Shown here: positions 7,561 to 17,420 of the stretch, one piece after another | Layout of the letters: every line of letters starts with the position of its first letter | Numbering within the stretch: position 1 is the stretch's first letter | IMG/VR virus record: IMGVR_UViG_3300034068_000495 | Coordinates: 1-52,678 of that record | Length of the DNA stretch: 52,678 bases | Direction: 5' to 3' (one strand) | From: a virus | Taxonomy: Duplodnaviria > Caudoviricetes | The notes under the pieces: generated by a model | Told to the model about the DNA's origin: nothing | What the model saw: the letters and a program-made list of their open reading frames with translations, nothing else | Databases searched by the model: none | Position numbers and translations under genes: made by a program

Positions 7561-8915
7561 CCTTCACCCCTCACGACTACCAGCAGGAGGCAATGGCGCA
7601 CCTGTACAACGTGCGCCGGAGCGCCCTGTGGATGCCCATGGGCGGCGGGAAGACCGTCAGCACCCTGACGGCGCTGGACAACCTGTCCCTCGTCGAGGAC
7701 GTGTTCCCCGCGCTGGTGCTGGCCCCTCTGCGCGTCGCCCGGTCGACGTGGCCGGACGAGGTCGCCAAGTGGCCGCACCTGTCCCACCTGCGCGTGTCCG
7801 TCGTCACCGGCACGCCGAAGCAGCGGCAGGCGGCGCTCGACGTCCCGGCCGACATCTACACAACGAACTACGACAACCTTGTGTGGCTCCGGGAGGCGCT
7901 GGGCGACGCATGGCCGTTCCGAACGGTCGTCGCCGACGAGTTCACGCGGCTGAAGTCTTTCCGCATCAGGCAGGGCGGCTCACGCGCCCGGGCGCTGGGG
8001 CAGGTGGCACACACGCACGTCGGCCGCTTCATCGGCCTGACGGGCACGCCGGCACCGAACGGCGTCAAGGATCTGTGGGGCCAGATCTGGTTCCTCGACA
8101 AGGGCGAGCGGCTGGGCCGCACGTTCAGTGCCTTCGTGTCTCGCTGGTTCTTCAAGGGCCGCGACGGGTTCAGCCTCATCCCCTACGAACACGCGCAGAG
8201 AGAGGTCGAGGAGCGGCTGCGCGACATCTGCCTGACCGTGCGCGGCCTGCCGGTCGACAAGCCCATCACCAGCCCGATCTACATCGACCTGCCGCCGGCA
8301 GCGCGCCGCGCGTATGACGAGATGGAGGAGGAGATGTACACGATCCTCAACAGAGAGGGCGTCGAGGCGGCCAACGCCGCCGTGCGGACGCAGAAGTGCC
8401 TGCAGCTCGCCAACGGTGCGATGTACACCGATGAGTACGGCAACTGGCAGGCCGTGCACGACGCGAAGCTGGACGCGCTTGAGAGCGTCATTGAGGAGGC
8501 GAATGGCGCCCCCGTCTTGGTGGCCTATAACTTCAAGCACGATCTGGAGCGCCTGCGGGGCCGGTTCCGTCAGGGCCGAATGTTGGACGCCGACCCGCAG
8601 ACGATCAGGGACTGGAACGCCGGCCGGATCTCGATCCTCTTCGCACACCCGGCGTCGGCAGGACACGGGCTGAACCTCGCCGACGGCGGCAACATCCTCG
8701 CCTTCTACGGGGTCAACTGGAACCTTGAGGAGCACATGCAGATCATCGAGCGGATCGGCCCGATGCGTCAGAAGCAGGCCGGGTACGACAGGCCGGTGTT
8801 CATCTACCCGATCCTCGCCCGCCACACGGTCGATGATCTCGTCATGGACCGCCTGTCGTCGAAGAAGAGCATTCAAGAAATCTTATTGGAAGCGATGAAG
8901 AGGAAAGCGAAATGA
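7557..8915 (+). CDS. SNF2-family helicase
   Basis: HDYQ, MGGGKT, VVADE, GLTGTP, HPASAGHGLNL, QIIERI. Confidence 0.92.
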   Translation: MTFTPHDYQQEAMAHLYNVRRSALWMPMGGGKTVSTLTALDNLSLVEDVFPALVLAPLRVARSTWPDEVAKWPHLSHLRVSVVTGTPKQRQAALDVPADIYTTNYDNLVWLREALGDAWPFRTVVADEFTRLKSFRIRQGGSRARALGQVAHTHVGRFIGLTGTPAPNGVKDLWGQIWFLDKGERLGRTFSAFVSRWFFKGRDGFSLIPYEHAQREVEERLRDICLTVRGLPVDKPITSPIYIDLPPAARRAYDEMEEEMYTILNREGVEAANAAVRTQKCLQLANGAMYTDEYGNWQAVHDAKLDALESVIEEANGAPVLVAYNFKHDLERLRGRFRQGRMLDADPQTIRDWNAGRISILFAHPASAGHGLNLADGGNILAFYGVNWNLEEHMQIIERIGPMRQKQAGYDRPVFIYPILARHTVDDLVMDRLSSKKSIQEILLEAMKRKAK

Positions 8916-9250
8916 ATTACCAGTGTGGCATATGCGACGCGTTTTACTGGGATCTGGCCGGCGCCGAGGCCGATGCGGCGCTCGCCAAGCTGACCGGTGG
9001 CAGCTCTGACTATTACAAGGTGCGCGTCGAGAGGCCGACGTCCGGCGGCGAGCCGTACATGGCAGAGTGCAACGACATCATCGAGGCGTTGTGCATGGAG
9101 TACGACGTGGCGAATGCGTTCAAGGCGGCGTGGCGCGTGGCCGCGCTACGTCAAGGTCACGGCAAGCCGGGGCAGGACAGCGCGCGGTACGACGGCGAGA
9201 AGATCGTGTTTTTTGGGCAGCGAATTGTGGAACGGGAGAACGGGAAGTGA
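8912..9250 (+). CDS. DUF3310-like phage protein
   Basis: GGSSDYY..ECNDIIEAL..ANAFKAAWR..K..D..KI pattern. Confidence 0.65.
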   Translation: MNYQCGICDAFYWDLAGAEADAALAKLTGGSSDYYKVRVERPTSGGEPYMAECNDIIEALCMEYDVANAFKAAWRVAALRQGHGKPGQDSARYDGEKIVFFGQRIVERENGK

Positions 9251-9402
9251 GTGAATACGAATGCTACGAGCGCGTGCTGCGCGAGTTGGGGCTTCCGCGA
9301 ACACGGGAAAACTATCTCTACGTGCTGTACGACGGCAACCTACCCGAGGACTGGGACGAAGAAGCCGAGGAGCAGTTGCCCCCCGACCTCCGCATCATTT
9401 GA
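9247..9402 (+). CDS. Small acidic protein (51 aa), last gene of the + strand block
   Basis: GTG 9247 overlaps upstream TGA; LGLPRTRENYLYVLYDGNLPEDWDEEAEEQLPPDL. Confidence 0.65.
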   Translation: MSEYECYERVLRELGLPRTRENYLYVLYDGNLPEDWDEEAEEQLPPDLRII

Positions 9403-10822
9403 CCTGAAACATCCTGCGCACAGGCTTGCCGAGTAACTCCGCGATCTTGTACCGAGCGTCATCTGGCGAGCTAGAAGTGCGCCAGATGTCCGAGACGGCT
9501 TGTTTCAATTCTGCTGTTTTCTTGTTTTGACCCCACAAATCTCTAACACCTTCCCACGTTGCTGATTGCACTTCGCGGGGTGCGCTGAAGCCCATCTCCC
9601 TCGCGGCCAGAGTGTGCATGTCGGACAAGGGGCCATAAAGCCCTTTTGAGCCGGTGACTGCGCTGTCGGCAGCGCCGGGTGCGCCACCAGCACCGGGGCC
9701 AAGACCCATACCTCGGTACACAATGGGGTCGTCACCACCGCCGGGAAACAGGCTGGCGGCCCCCGCGCTGTGCGTGTCAATCGTTGAGATTGGCGCTTCG
9801 CTATAGGGATTGGCGATGTTGTTGTAGAATGACGGAACTTTGCCGCCACCCAAAAGTTGCGAGTTGATGCTCTCGATGGATGGGTTATCCATGATGCTCA
9901 ACGCTTTGGAAATGACATCGCCGCTACCCCATGTGATGTTGCTGTACGGGTCGCCATACTCGCCGGACAGGTTGATGCGGTTTACCATCGGGTCGTTTCG
10001 CGTCGCGTCGGCGAGGGAAACGCGCGCAAACTTGGCAAACTTGTCGGGCAGTTCTTCGTAAGGCATCGCCGCAATTCTTGCGGCGTAGTCCGGCCCGAGT
10101 TTCGCAATGGCGCCCGGGGTTTTCATGTTTGCAATTCGGTTTTCGATGTACCGGCGCGCTTCTTGCGGATCGACAGAAAAGCGATCTTTGTACATGTCCA
10201 TGAGGCGATCAAGTCTGCCGACATTGATGTCCCACGGGGTTTGCGGCGATGTTACCGCAGCCACGCCGTACCCGGCTTCTGGCGGAAGCCCCGCGCGTGC
10301 TGCCGCTCTTTCAGAGACAAGTTTTGCCGTGGGGTACCAGCCGCGAGCTGCTTCAACTTTTTCAGCCGGCATCAAGTCGTTCATGATGAACTTGAGATTG
10401 TCCGCGCCTCGGCGAAGGCTTTCCGCGTAAATGGTTTCGGGGTCCAGCCCTTCAGTTCCGCGCATGAACGGTTCTTCGGAGAGCATCCGCATGTTGGTGC
10501 CAAATGCCTTTGGCGCAGCCCGCAACGCTTCCCCGCTTTGAATAAGGAGCTGCTCGTCAGGGTTTCCTGAGACACCGTAGTTGGGCGGAGTGGGGCGCCG
10601 CGTGCTTACCATGTGCGGGCTTTCGGCTCCGGCGAGTTGTGCTCGGGTCCGAACAGCCAGAGGTGCCTTGGCGCGTGCGGCTGCCTTGGCCACCGGCGCA
10701 GCCGCCTTAGCAGCGCGTGCCGCTGGCTTGGCAACCTTCGCGGCAGCCTCCACCAACTTAGCGGCCTCCTCGGCCTTCTTTGCCGCTTTGGCGGCCTTTA
10801 CGGCGAAGCTCATGATACCCAT
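9395..10822 (-). CDS. Putative virion cargo protein with HhH DNA-glycosylase-like domain
   Basis: Start 10822 coupled to upstream TAA; Ala/Lys-rich N-terminus; GWY..A, AVTSPQTPW..N, KVPSFYNNI, TIDTH, EVQSATW motifs. Confidence 0.55.
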   Translation of the reverse strand: MGIMSFAVKAAKAAKKAEEAAKLVEAAAKVAKPAARAAKAAAPVAKAAARAKAPLAVRTRAQLAGAESPHMVSTRRPTPPNYGVSGNPDEQLLIQSGEALRAAPKAFGTNMRMLSEEPFMRGTEGLDPETIYAESLRRGADNLKFIMNDLMPAEKVEAARGWYPTAKLVSERAAARAGLPPEAGYGVAAVTSPQTPWDINVGRLDRLMDMYKDRFSVDPQEARRYIENRIANMKTPGAIAKLGPDYAARIAAMPYEELPDKFAKFARVSLADATRNDPMVNRINLSGEYGDPYSNITWGSGDVISKALSIMDNPSIESINSQLLGGGKVPSFYNNIANPYSEAPISTIDTHSAGAASLFPGGGDDPIVYRGMGLGPGAGGAPGAADSAVTGSKGLYGPLSDMHTLAAREMGFSAPREVQSATWEGVRDLWGQNKKTAELKQAVSDIWRTSSSPDDARYKIAELLGKPVRRMFQVK

Positions 10823-13002
10823 TACCGGACACTCATTGGATGGCGGGAGAAACAGCGATCCGCAGACACGCGGCCGCCGACGGCGTAGCCCTCGAAATGG
10901 CGCTGGAACTGTTGCCAAGCATCGTCGTCTAACCCCTGCGCGCCCGGAAATCCGTGCGCGTTAAAATCGTATGATTTGTAAGCCTCGTCCAACCTGTTGT
11001 CGTCGATGACCTGCTGGTAATTCTCGCGCGTGATGTAGCGCCCGTCGGGCAGCTTCACCAAGCCGGTGTTGCGCAGATCGCCGACGTTGCCCCACTTCTG
11101 GCCCTTCACGAAGTCCTGCACAAACGGCAGGTAGTCGTCCTTCGGCGCGCGGTTCTGCTTGCCCTTGATCTGGACGATGTCTTGGCTGGAGTACTCAACA
11201 GGGGGCAAGCCCCTTTCGCGCAACCACGCATCACTGAGCGCGAGTGTGTCTACGCCCCTTGTGTTGACGCGTTTGATGTAATTCTGCCACTCCGGCAGAA
11301 CGCCGAGCTGCCGAAGATGTTCAACTGCAGCCGTGGGTTTATGCACGGGAGACGTCTCAATCGTCACGTGCGGCTCGCCCTTGGCGTCGCGCAGCGAGAA
11401 GATGCGCGACTTGCCGGACGCGACCTCGTCGCAGTAGCCGCCGACGCAGTGACCCATGGTGTCACCCTCGTACTTGAGCGCGTCCTGCAAGCTGGGGTGA
11501 AAACTCTGGGTGTCACCAGTGTTATCGTTATAAAAGCCCTTGCCGTCCGGCAACCAGCCTTCTGGGAGAGGCGCATCCTCTCCCGGTGTCTTCAGCTCCG
11601 TCCAGCGCAGCCCCATCGGATTGTTCTCGGTGTACTCCTTGAACGTCTGCACGGCCGGGTTGCTGGCGCTGCTCAACGCGGCGCGCTCCATCTCCTTGGC
11701 GCGGTACTGGTTGATCTTGCCGACCTGCTCCACGGCCTGCGGGAACGTCATGCGGCCGAGGCTCTCCGGTCGTACGGCGAGGTCGAGCGGGATGCCAGAG
11801 GCTTCGGGGTTCAAGGCGTTAAGGAACTCGTCTGTGAAGTGCGTGAGATCCAGACCGCCACCACCGATGCCGTAAATCTTGTCCGTCACCGGCAGCTTTG
11901 CGAGCCACGGCATCGACAGCATAGCGTTGGCGCGCAAGTCGTCTCCCGCGCCGGGCATGCCACCCTTCGGGTTGCGGGGCAGTAAGACACTGCCGATGGT
12001 ATCTTCCTGCAAAATGTCGTTGACTGTCTGCTGCCAGCGTTCCGGCGTCATCTCAGGATCGTAGTGCATCCCGCGCTCGGCGAGTGCACGCAGCGGGTCG
12101 TCCGGCGATCCAAACTCGTTCTTGTAGTATTTGGTCATCGCCCTTTCGAGCCACGCCGCCGCCGGGCTGTTGTTAGCGACGCGCCCACCCACAACACCTT
12201 GCTCCTCGGGAACCCAACCCGACAGTTCAAAGTCCAAAGCGTGAGTGCGAGCGGCGGCTTCCGGTGAGTAGTTCGCCCCGTCAAAATCTTTGATGGCCCA
12301 CCACTGACCGCCGCGCGGCTTGGCGGCACCCGGCGGGAGACCGGGGCCGGGCGCCGGCAGCGCCAGCATCCTCTCCGGCGCGGGCAGTGCGAGCATGCCC
12401 TGCGGCATAGGTGCCACGTCCTCAACGGCGGCAGCGAGGGGAGCCGCCCGCCGACCGCGCACGGCCCTGCCGGCCAGCGCACCGGCACCCTCCAGCGCCC
12501 TTACGGCCATCTTGCCGGGCACGGGTGCCACCATCATGGCAGCCTCGTAGGCACTGCTGAGCGGGTTGTCGTACAGTTGCCCCGGCAACGCCTGCACGCC
12601 GCTGACGATGGCGTCCTGCGCGCCTCTCGACATGCGGGTCGCGCCCGGGTCGTAGCCGGCACCGCGCGGTGCGCCCATCGCGTCGAGACCGCGCTGCGAC
12701 GTGCCAGTCACGAGCTGGTTGCCAGTCCTGCCGAGGAGCTGGGCGATGTCCGCACCGGCGTCGAACGTGGGGCGGTAGTCGCCGCGCAGCGCAGGCCCAC
12801 GCAGCTCTTGCGGCAGCATGTCTCCCAGCCGCTGGGCAGCGCCGAGGGCGAAGCGGCTGCCCGTGTCAGCCATCTCCGGCAGCGAGCGCACGCCCTCCAC
12901 AATGCGGCGGCCCACCACGGGCGCGTCGCTGGCGATGTTGCGGCCGTACTGCGCAAGCAGCTCCGCGAGGGTCGGCTCCTTCTTGCGCGGCTTGACGGCC
13001 AT
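10822..13002 (-). CDS. Putative virion cargo protein with PcfJ-like domain
   Basis: LKYEGDTMGHCVGGY..G.SRIFSLRD.KGEPHVTIE..QIKGKQN. Confidence 0.75.
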   Translation of the reverse strand: MAVKPRKKEPTLAELLAQYGRNIASDAPVVGRRIVEGVRSLPEMADTGSRFALGAAQRLGDMLPQELRGPALRGDYRPTFDAGADIAQLLGRTGNQLVTGTSQRGLDAMGAPRGAGYDPGATRMSRGAQDAIVSGVQALPGQLYDNPLSSAYEAAMMVAPVPGKMAVRALEGAGALAGRAVRGRRAAPLAAAVEDVAPMPQGMLALPAPERMLALPAPGPGLPPGAAKPRGGQWWAIKDFDGANYSPEAAARTHALDFELSGWVPEEQGVVGGRVANNSPAAAWLERAMTKYYKNEFGSPDDPLRALAERGMHYDPEMTPERWQQTVNDILQEDTIGSVLLPRNPKGGMPGAGDDLRANAMLSMPWLAKLPVTDKIYGIGGGGLDLTHFTDEFLNALNPEASGIPLDLAVRPESLGRMTFPQAVEQVGKINQYRAKEMERAALSSASNPAVQTFKEYTENNPMGLRWTELKTPGEDAPLPEGWLPDGKGFYNDNTGDTQSFHPSLQDALKYEGDTMGHCVGGYCDEVASGKSRIFSLRDAKGEPHVTIETSPVHKPTAAVEHLRQLGVLPEWQNYIKRVNTRGVDTLALSDAWLRERGLPPVEYSSQDIVQIKGKQNRAPKDDYLPFVQDFVKGQKWGNVGDLRNTGLVKLPDGRYITRENYQQVIDDNRLDEAYKSYDFNAHGFPGAQGLDDDAWQQFQRHFEGYAVGGRVSADRCFSRHPMSVR

Positions 13003-15611
13003 CAGCGGTACTTGCTCGCAAGGTTCATCAGACCGCCACGATACATGCCCACCGGCGCATCGACAGGCGTGCCGTCGCGGCGAACACGAACGCCGTCGGG
13101 CCGGAGGTACGTATCGGTGGCGAGGTCGTAAGTGGCCCCCTTCGGCTGCTCTATGGTCGTCGTGGCGTAGTCCTCGGGGGTCTGTTCCATCGGATTGAAC
13201 TGCTGCCCAATCGCGGAACCAAGGTGGCTCACCGGCACCGCATACTTCTCCATCAGCGAGCCTAGCGCCTCGATTGGTTTGGGACGTTGCCCCGCGAACA
13301 GCTTCGGCAGTACGTCACGCACGCCGGGGGCGTTGATCAAGCCCATCGCCGCGTTCGGTATGAGGGTCGTGGGCGAAAGAAACGCGCCGCCACCCGTTAC
13401 GGTCAAACCGGCGGCGAGACGCTCCGACGAACCGGAGCTGGGAAAGGCATTGCCGAGGATGTTTTGTCCGGCCTCGGCGAGGCGCTGGCCCTCAACGTCG
13501 CCCTCAACGAAGCCGCGAGACCGAGCGCGCGTGTCGCCGGCCCGCTGGCGGTTCAAAATCTGCGCTGGGGAAAACTCGCCCGGCTTGGTGCCAGCCATGC
13601 GCGCGGCTTCTTGTGCCTGCGCGAGTATCGCGAAGCCCCGGTCGGTCTGGTTCATCATGTCAACCACCTCGGGCGGCGAATGCCGACGAGCTGCGGCGTC
13701 AAGGACATCTTGCATGTCGGCCACGCCGTCTGCCAGCTCTTGGTCGCCCCTCTTGGCAAACGAGCTCCTGCGCGTCTTCAGGAGGCTGGACAGTGATTTA
13801 TAGTCGTCGCCGCCAATCGGGTTGGCGGTACGCCGCGCCAGTTGATCGTCGAGGAGCTTGTTCAAACGGCTTGCGTTGTCAGGCGAAAACGTGACGCCGT
13901 CGTTGATTTTCGCCTTCAGGTTGGCGATATCATCCAGCAGTTCTTGATCCGGGACAACCGCCATCTGTGCGCGAAGAGTGTCGTACTGCTTGTCAAAAGC
14001 GGCTCCCGCAGCCTTCATCCGCTCGTGCGGTTTCATGCCGTCTGGCAGCTTGAAGTTGATGTATTCGCCGGCCTTATTTAAGTAAGCCGTGCCAAAGTCG
14101 TTGAACGCACGCCTGCGGGCAGCGATACTAACATCGCCGCCGCCGATAAGCAGGCGAGATGCGGCTTCCTCCACCTGATCCGCACGACCGCCAAGCGTCT
14201 GCATTGGAGATAGGCGCACGCCGGCCTCACGCAGGATCTTGATGTCCTCGTCCGTATTTGGCTTGAGAACTCGTTTCACGACGGACGGGGCCGCAGACCC
14301 CATACCGGAAAAGATAGCGTTGGTGGCGGCCCCGGAAAGGCGCTCGCCTTCCGGTGCACCCGTAGCACCAGTGACGGCGCTGTAAATAAGATCAGCCAGC
14401 GGCTCGGCCTTGGCGGCGGACATGCCCACGGCCCGGAGGCCCAAGCCGCCCAAGCCGGCCATGGCTGCGCTGCCGAGGACGTCACCCGTGCCCGTCGCCC
14501 ATGGCGACGCCTCACGGACGCCCTCGACGGTCCTGCCGATGTCCTCGTCGAGCATGGCGGGGATGCCCAGCGTCGTCGCGTTGACGACGCCGGTGGCCAC
14601 GCCGCCGGGCGTCGAGAGCAGGCTCTCGTTGACGCCGCGCTCCACGGGCGTCAACGGACGCTCTAGCGGAGCCGCGCCGCCGAAACGGGCGCCGCTCTTT
14701 ACGGCGTCGACTACCCTTTTGGCTTCTTCAGCAGATGCCCGACCGGGCATGTTGTACGTCTTCGCGGTGCTGTTGAAGAACGTCTGAAACTCCGTCGGGT
14801 CGAGGTCTTTCCCCTTGGTGTTGACGAAATCAATCAACGCCGCCTGAAACTCTTTCGGCACGGCAACAGTCGTGGTCTCGGCTCCGGCACCTGCGGTGCG
14901 TTCCGTTTTTTGCGGGGGTGTTTCGCTTTTTACCGGGGCAACCATGCCGATGGGCGTGAACCCCTGCTCAAGCAAAACCTTGTCCGCGTTAGGGCCGGCG
15001 GGTCCGGCTTCATTCCGCATGTTTGCGATGGCCAGAATGCGCTGCTGCCGTTTTTCCGCAATCTCTTCCGGGCTTGCATCGGCACTCGGGTAATAGATGC
15101 TATATTGATTTGAGAGTTCGAACGGCGCGATGACGGCGCCGCTCTCCTTGCGGAGCGACGCCATGAGAAAGTTTTTGATGAAATCACGGTTTCTCGTGCG
15201 CTCGCTCGTTGCCGCTTTCGCCGTCAAGCCCGGAGCAATTTCATACGCCGTTCTGCCAATGAGACTGTCTGGATCTTGCTTCAGCTTGTCCATGGATTGT
15301 TCGGACGAAAGCATGCGGGAGTAAAAGGAGGATGCCCTGCCCTGCCCTTCGCTTAGGGTGACGCCGGAGTTTTTGAGGGCTTCAAGCTCAATGCGCGCTT
15401 TCTCAAGGTCAAGCGCCGCCTTTTCTGCCTTGGACCGAGCCTCACGGATTTGATCCGCCGACGTGGCTGTTGCAACAGCGGCGTCAGCGCCCTTTTTTGC
15501 GGCATCAGCAGTGCGCGTAGCGACAGCGACGCCCGCCTCCGCGTCCTCGATCACCTTCTTTGAAACGGGAACTGGTTTGTCGGGGTAGCCCGCAAGAAAC
15601 GATTGAACCAT
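13002..15611 (-). CDS. Large internal virion / ejection protein (869 aa)
   Basis: Helical Ala/Gly-rich protein downstream of tail genes; LRKESGAVI..YYP segment. Confidence 0.65.
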   Translation of the reverse strand: MVQSFLAGYPDKPVPVSKKVIEDAEAGVAVATRTADAAKKGADAAVATATSADQIREARSKAEKAALDLEKARIELEALKNSGVTLSEGQGRASSFYSRMLSSEQSMDKLKQDPDSLIGRTAYEIAPGLTAKAATSERTRNRDFIKNFLMASLRKESGAVIAPFELSNQYSIYYPSADASPEEIAEKRQQRILAIANMRNEAGPAGPNADKVLLEQGFTPIGMVAPVKSETPPQKTERTAGAGAETTTVAVPKEFQAALIDFVNTKGKDLDPTEFQTFFNSTAKTYNMPGRASAEEAKRVVDAVKSGARFGGAAPLERPLTPVERGVNESLLSTPGGVATGVVNATTLGIPAMLDEDIGRTVEGVREASPWATGTGDVLGSAAMAGLGGLGLRAVGMSAAKAEPLADLIYSAVTGATGAPEGERLSGAATNAIFSGMGSAAPSVVKRVLKPNTDEDIKILREAGVRLSPMQTLGGRADQVEEAASRLLIGGGDVSIAARRRAFNDFGTAYLNKAGEYINFKLPDGMKPHERMKAAGAAFDKQYDTLRAQMAVVPDQELLDDIANLKAKINDGVTFSPDNASRLNKLLDDQLARRTANPIGGDDYKSLSSLLKTRRSSFAKRGDQELADGVADMQDVLDAAARRHSPPEVVDMMNQTDRGFAILAQAQEAARMAGTKPGEFSPAQILNRQRAGDTRARSRGFVEGDVEGQRLAEAGQNILGNAFPSSGSSERLAAGLTVTGGGAFLSPTTLIPNAAMGLINAPGVRDVLPKLFAGQRPKPIEALGSLMEKYAVPVSHLGSAIGQQFNPMEQTPEDYATTTIEQPKGATYDLATDTYLRPDGVRVRRDGTPVDAPVGMYRGGLMNLASKYR

Positions 15612-15625
15612 GTTTTGTCTCCGCC

Positions 15626-16300
15626 TTACGATGCAGGCTTGTATTTAGGCTTGGTCGGATCGCCACCAGCCACAATCATGCGCGAATTTATAGGCAAGAA
15701 ATTAACCTGCCGGGGGTCCGTGAGGACGTAGTTTCCAAATTCATCCTGCTGCGGAAACTCCGGCGCGCCCCCCGTTCCGGGCCGCTGCTGGTAGCCGGGG
15801 CCGCCGGGGATAGGGTCATACTTCGGCGCGTTGCTCTTGCCTGCGGCGGCCATCAACCGCGCAACCGACAGTCGCGTGGTCACGTCCTGATTGGCGAGGC
15901 CCTGCGCACCCCTCAATTGCGCCAACTGCATCGCGTTCAGCGCCTCCGTGCGGCCCTCTTCACCAACACGTGTCGCCTTGGCCTGCTGTTGCAGGACGGG
16001 CATGACGTTGTTCAAGACGCCGCTGAAGCCGCGCACGGTGGTCGGCCGGGCCAGCGCCGCGCTGAGTTCGAACAACTGCTCGCTGGTCGAGGGGCCGACG
16101 CGGCGCTTCCGGGTCTCCTCCGCCACGCGGTCATAGAACGCACGTTGCTCGCGTGCCAGCCGCTGGCTCTCGGACATCGAGGCCCGCAGACCTGCAAGTT
16201 CGCTCGCGGGCAACGAGCCTTCAAGGCCGGCAAACATGCCAAGGGCGCCAGTCTCGGCGTCGTCGGTGCCCGTGAAATCTTCGTCCACTGTATTCTCCAC
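15626..16300 (-). CDS. Putative ejection protein (224 aa)
   Basis: Gln/Ala-rich helical ORF in ejection cluster. Confidence 0.6.
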   Translation of the reverse strand: MENTVDEDFTGTDDAETGALGMFAGLEGSLPASELAGLRASMSESQRLAREQRAFYDRVAEETRKRRVGPSTSEQLFELSAALARPTTVRGFSGVLNNVMPVLQQQAKATRVGEEGRTEALNAMQLAQLRGAQGLANQDVTTRLSVARLMAAAGKSNAPKYDPIPGGPGYQQRPGTGGAPEFPQQDEFGNYVLTDPRQVNFLPINSRMIVAGGDPTKPKYKPAS

Positions 16301-16352
16301 TCACGTCGGAGGCGTACTCCGTAATAGCATTTTCCGCCGGGGTGCGGAAGGG

Positions 16353-17420
16353 TTACGGCCCGATGAGCTTTGACAGCACGCCACCCTTTTCCAGCGCGCC
16401 GCCGAGGCCCGCCAGCACGCTGCCGATCTGCGCGGCCGTGCTGGCCGGATACTGCTGCTGCACACCGGACGGCGAGATGCCCTGCTCCTGCGTGGCCGAC
16501 GGGATGCCCGTCGCGACGCCCTTGAACGTGGCGAGCATCTTGTCGATCTGCTCCTGCGGGTAGCCTTCTTGGCGCAGGAAGTCCTGATACGCCACGTCGA
16601 GGCTCTTCTGGCCCTGCTGCTGCTGCTGTGCGCCCACGGAACCCAGCGCGCCTGCGCCGGTGAGGCCGAGGCCCTGCGCCTGCCCGGCGAGGCCCGACAG
16701 CGCGCCAGAGGCGGCCAGTTGCTGCCCCTGCTGCACGTTCGCGAGGTTGCCGGCCGTGCCGGCCAACTGACCCATGCGCGACAGGTCGGTGCCGGCCAGT
16801 CCTGCGGCCTGCGTGTAGCCGCTCTGGAGGGCCTCCGTCTGCCGTCCGAGGATGTCGGCGCTGGTGTCGCGCACGGCGCGTGCCGTGTCCGTCATCATGC
16901 CCGAGGGCGTGCTTGCGCCGCCACGGCCGCCGTAGCCGAGCTGACCGGCTTGGATGTAGCGGCCCTCGATCTGGGGCATGATGTTCTCGGTCAGGTTGCG
17001 CGTGCCGAGTTCGCCGATGCGGCTGACGACGGCGTCCGTGTACGGGTTCATGTACTGGCCGATGTTCGACACGGAGGACTGCCCCGCAGCGCCGAGGAAG
17101 GGCTGCGCGACTTCCAGTGCACCCGGCGCGGCTGCCGCGCCCTGCGCGGCCGTCGTGGCCTGCCCGAGGAGGGGCTGGTAGGCGTCGGCGGCGGTGCCGG
17201 TCTTCTGGAACGCCTCAAGCTGCGCCGGGGTGAAGCCGGCCACGCGCGGCATTGGCGCAGTCGTGAACGGCCGATTGGAGAGGGCCTTCTGCCCAGCCAA
17301 GATATCCTGCGCGTAGTTCGTGTAGAAGTCCGGCAGGACCGTCTGCTTCGTCATGTCCGTGAGGGCAGAACCCTGCGGAATGGCTGCGCCCTCGGTGAGG
17401 AAAGAGCTTACACTGGCCAC
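16353..17420 (-). CDS. Putative DNA-transfer/pilot ejection protein (355 aa)
   Basis: RVAGFTPAQ, QYMNPY, Q/A/G-rich helices, YQDFLRQ..YPQ, hydrophobic Gly-rich C-terminus. Confidence 0.7.
   Translation of the reverse strand: MASVSSFLTEGAAIPQGSALTDMTKQTVLPDFYTNYAQDILAGQKALSNRPFTTAPMPRVAGFTPAQLEAFQKTGTAADAYQPLLGQATTAAQGAAAAPGALEVAQPFLGAAGQSSVSNIGQYMNPYTDAVVSRIGELGTRNLTENIMPQIEGRYIQAGQLGYGGRGGASTPSGMMTDTARAVRDTSADILGRQTEALQSGYTQAAGLAGTDLSRMGQLAGTAGNLANVQQGQQLAASGALSGLAGQAQGLGLTGAGALGSVGAQQQQQGQKSLDVAYQDFLRQEGYPQEQIDKMLATFKGVATGIPSATQEQGISPSGVQQQYPASTAAQIGSVLAGLGGALEKGGVLSKLIGP

Noticed and set aside
9557-9566. Extra CGTTGCTGAT match inside the glycosylase-like gene
   Set aside because: Deep in coding sequence with no flanking SD complementarity; plausible by chance, and a reminder that the 10-mer alone is weak evidence
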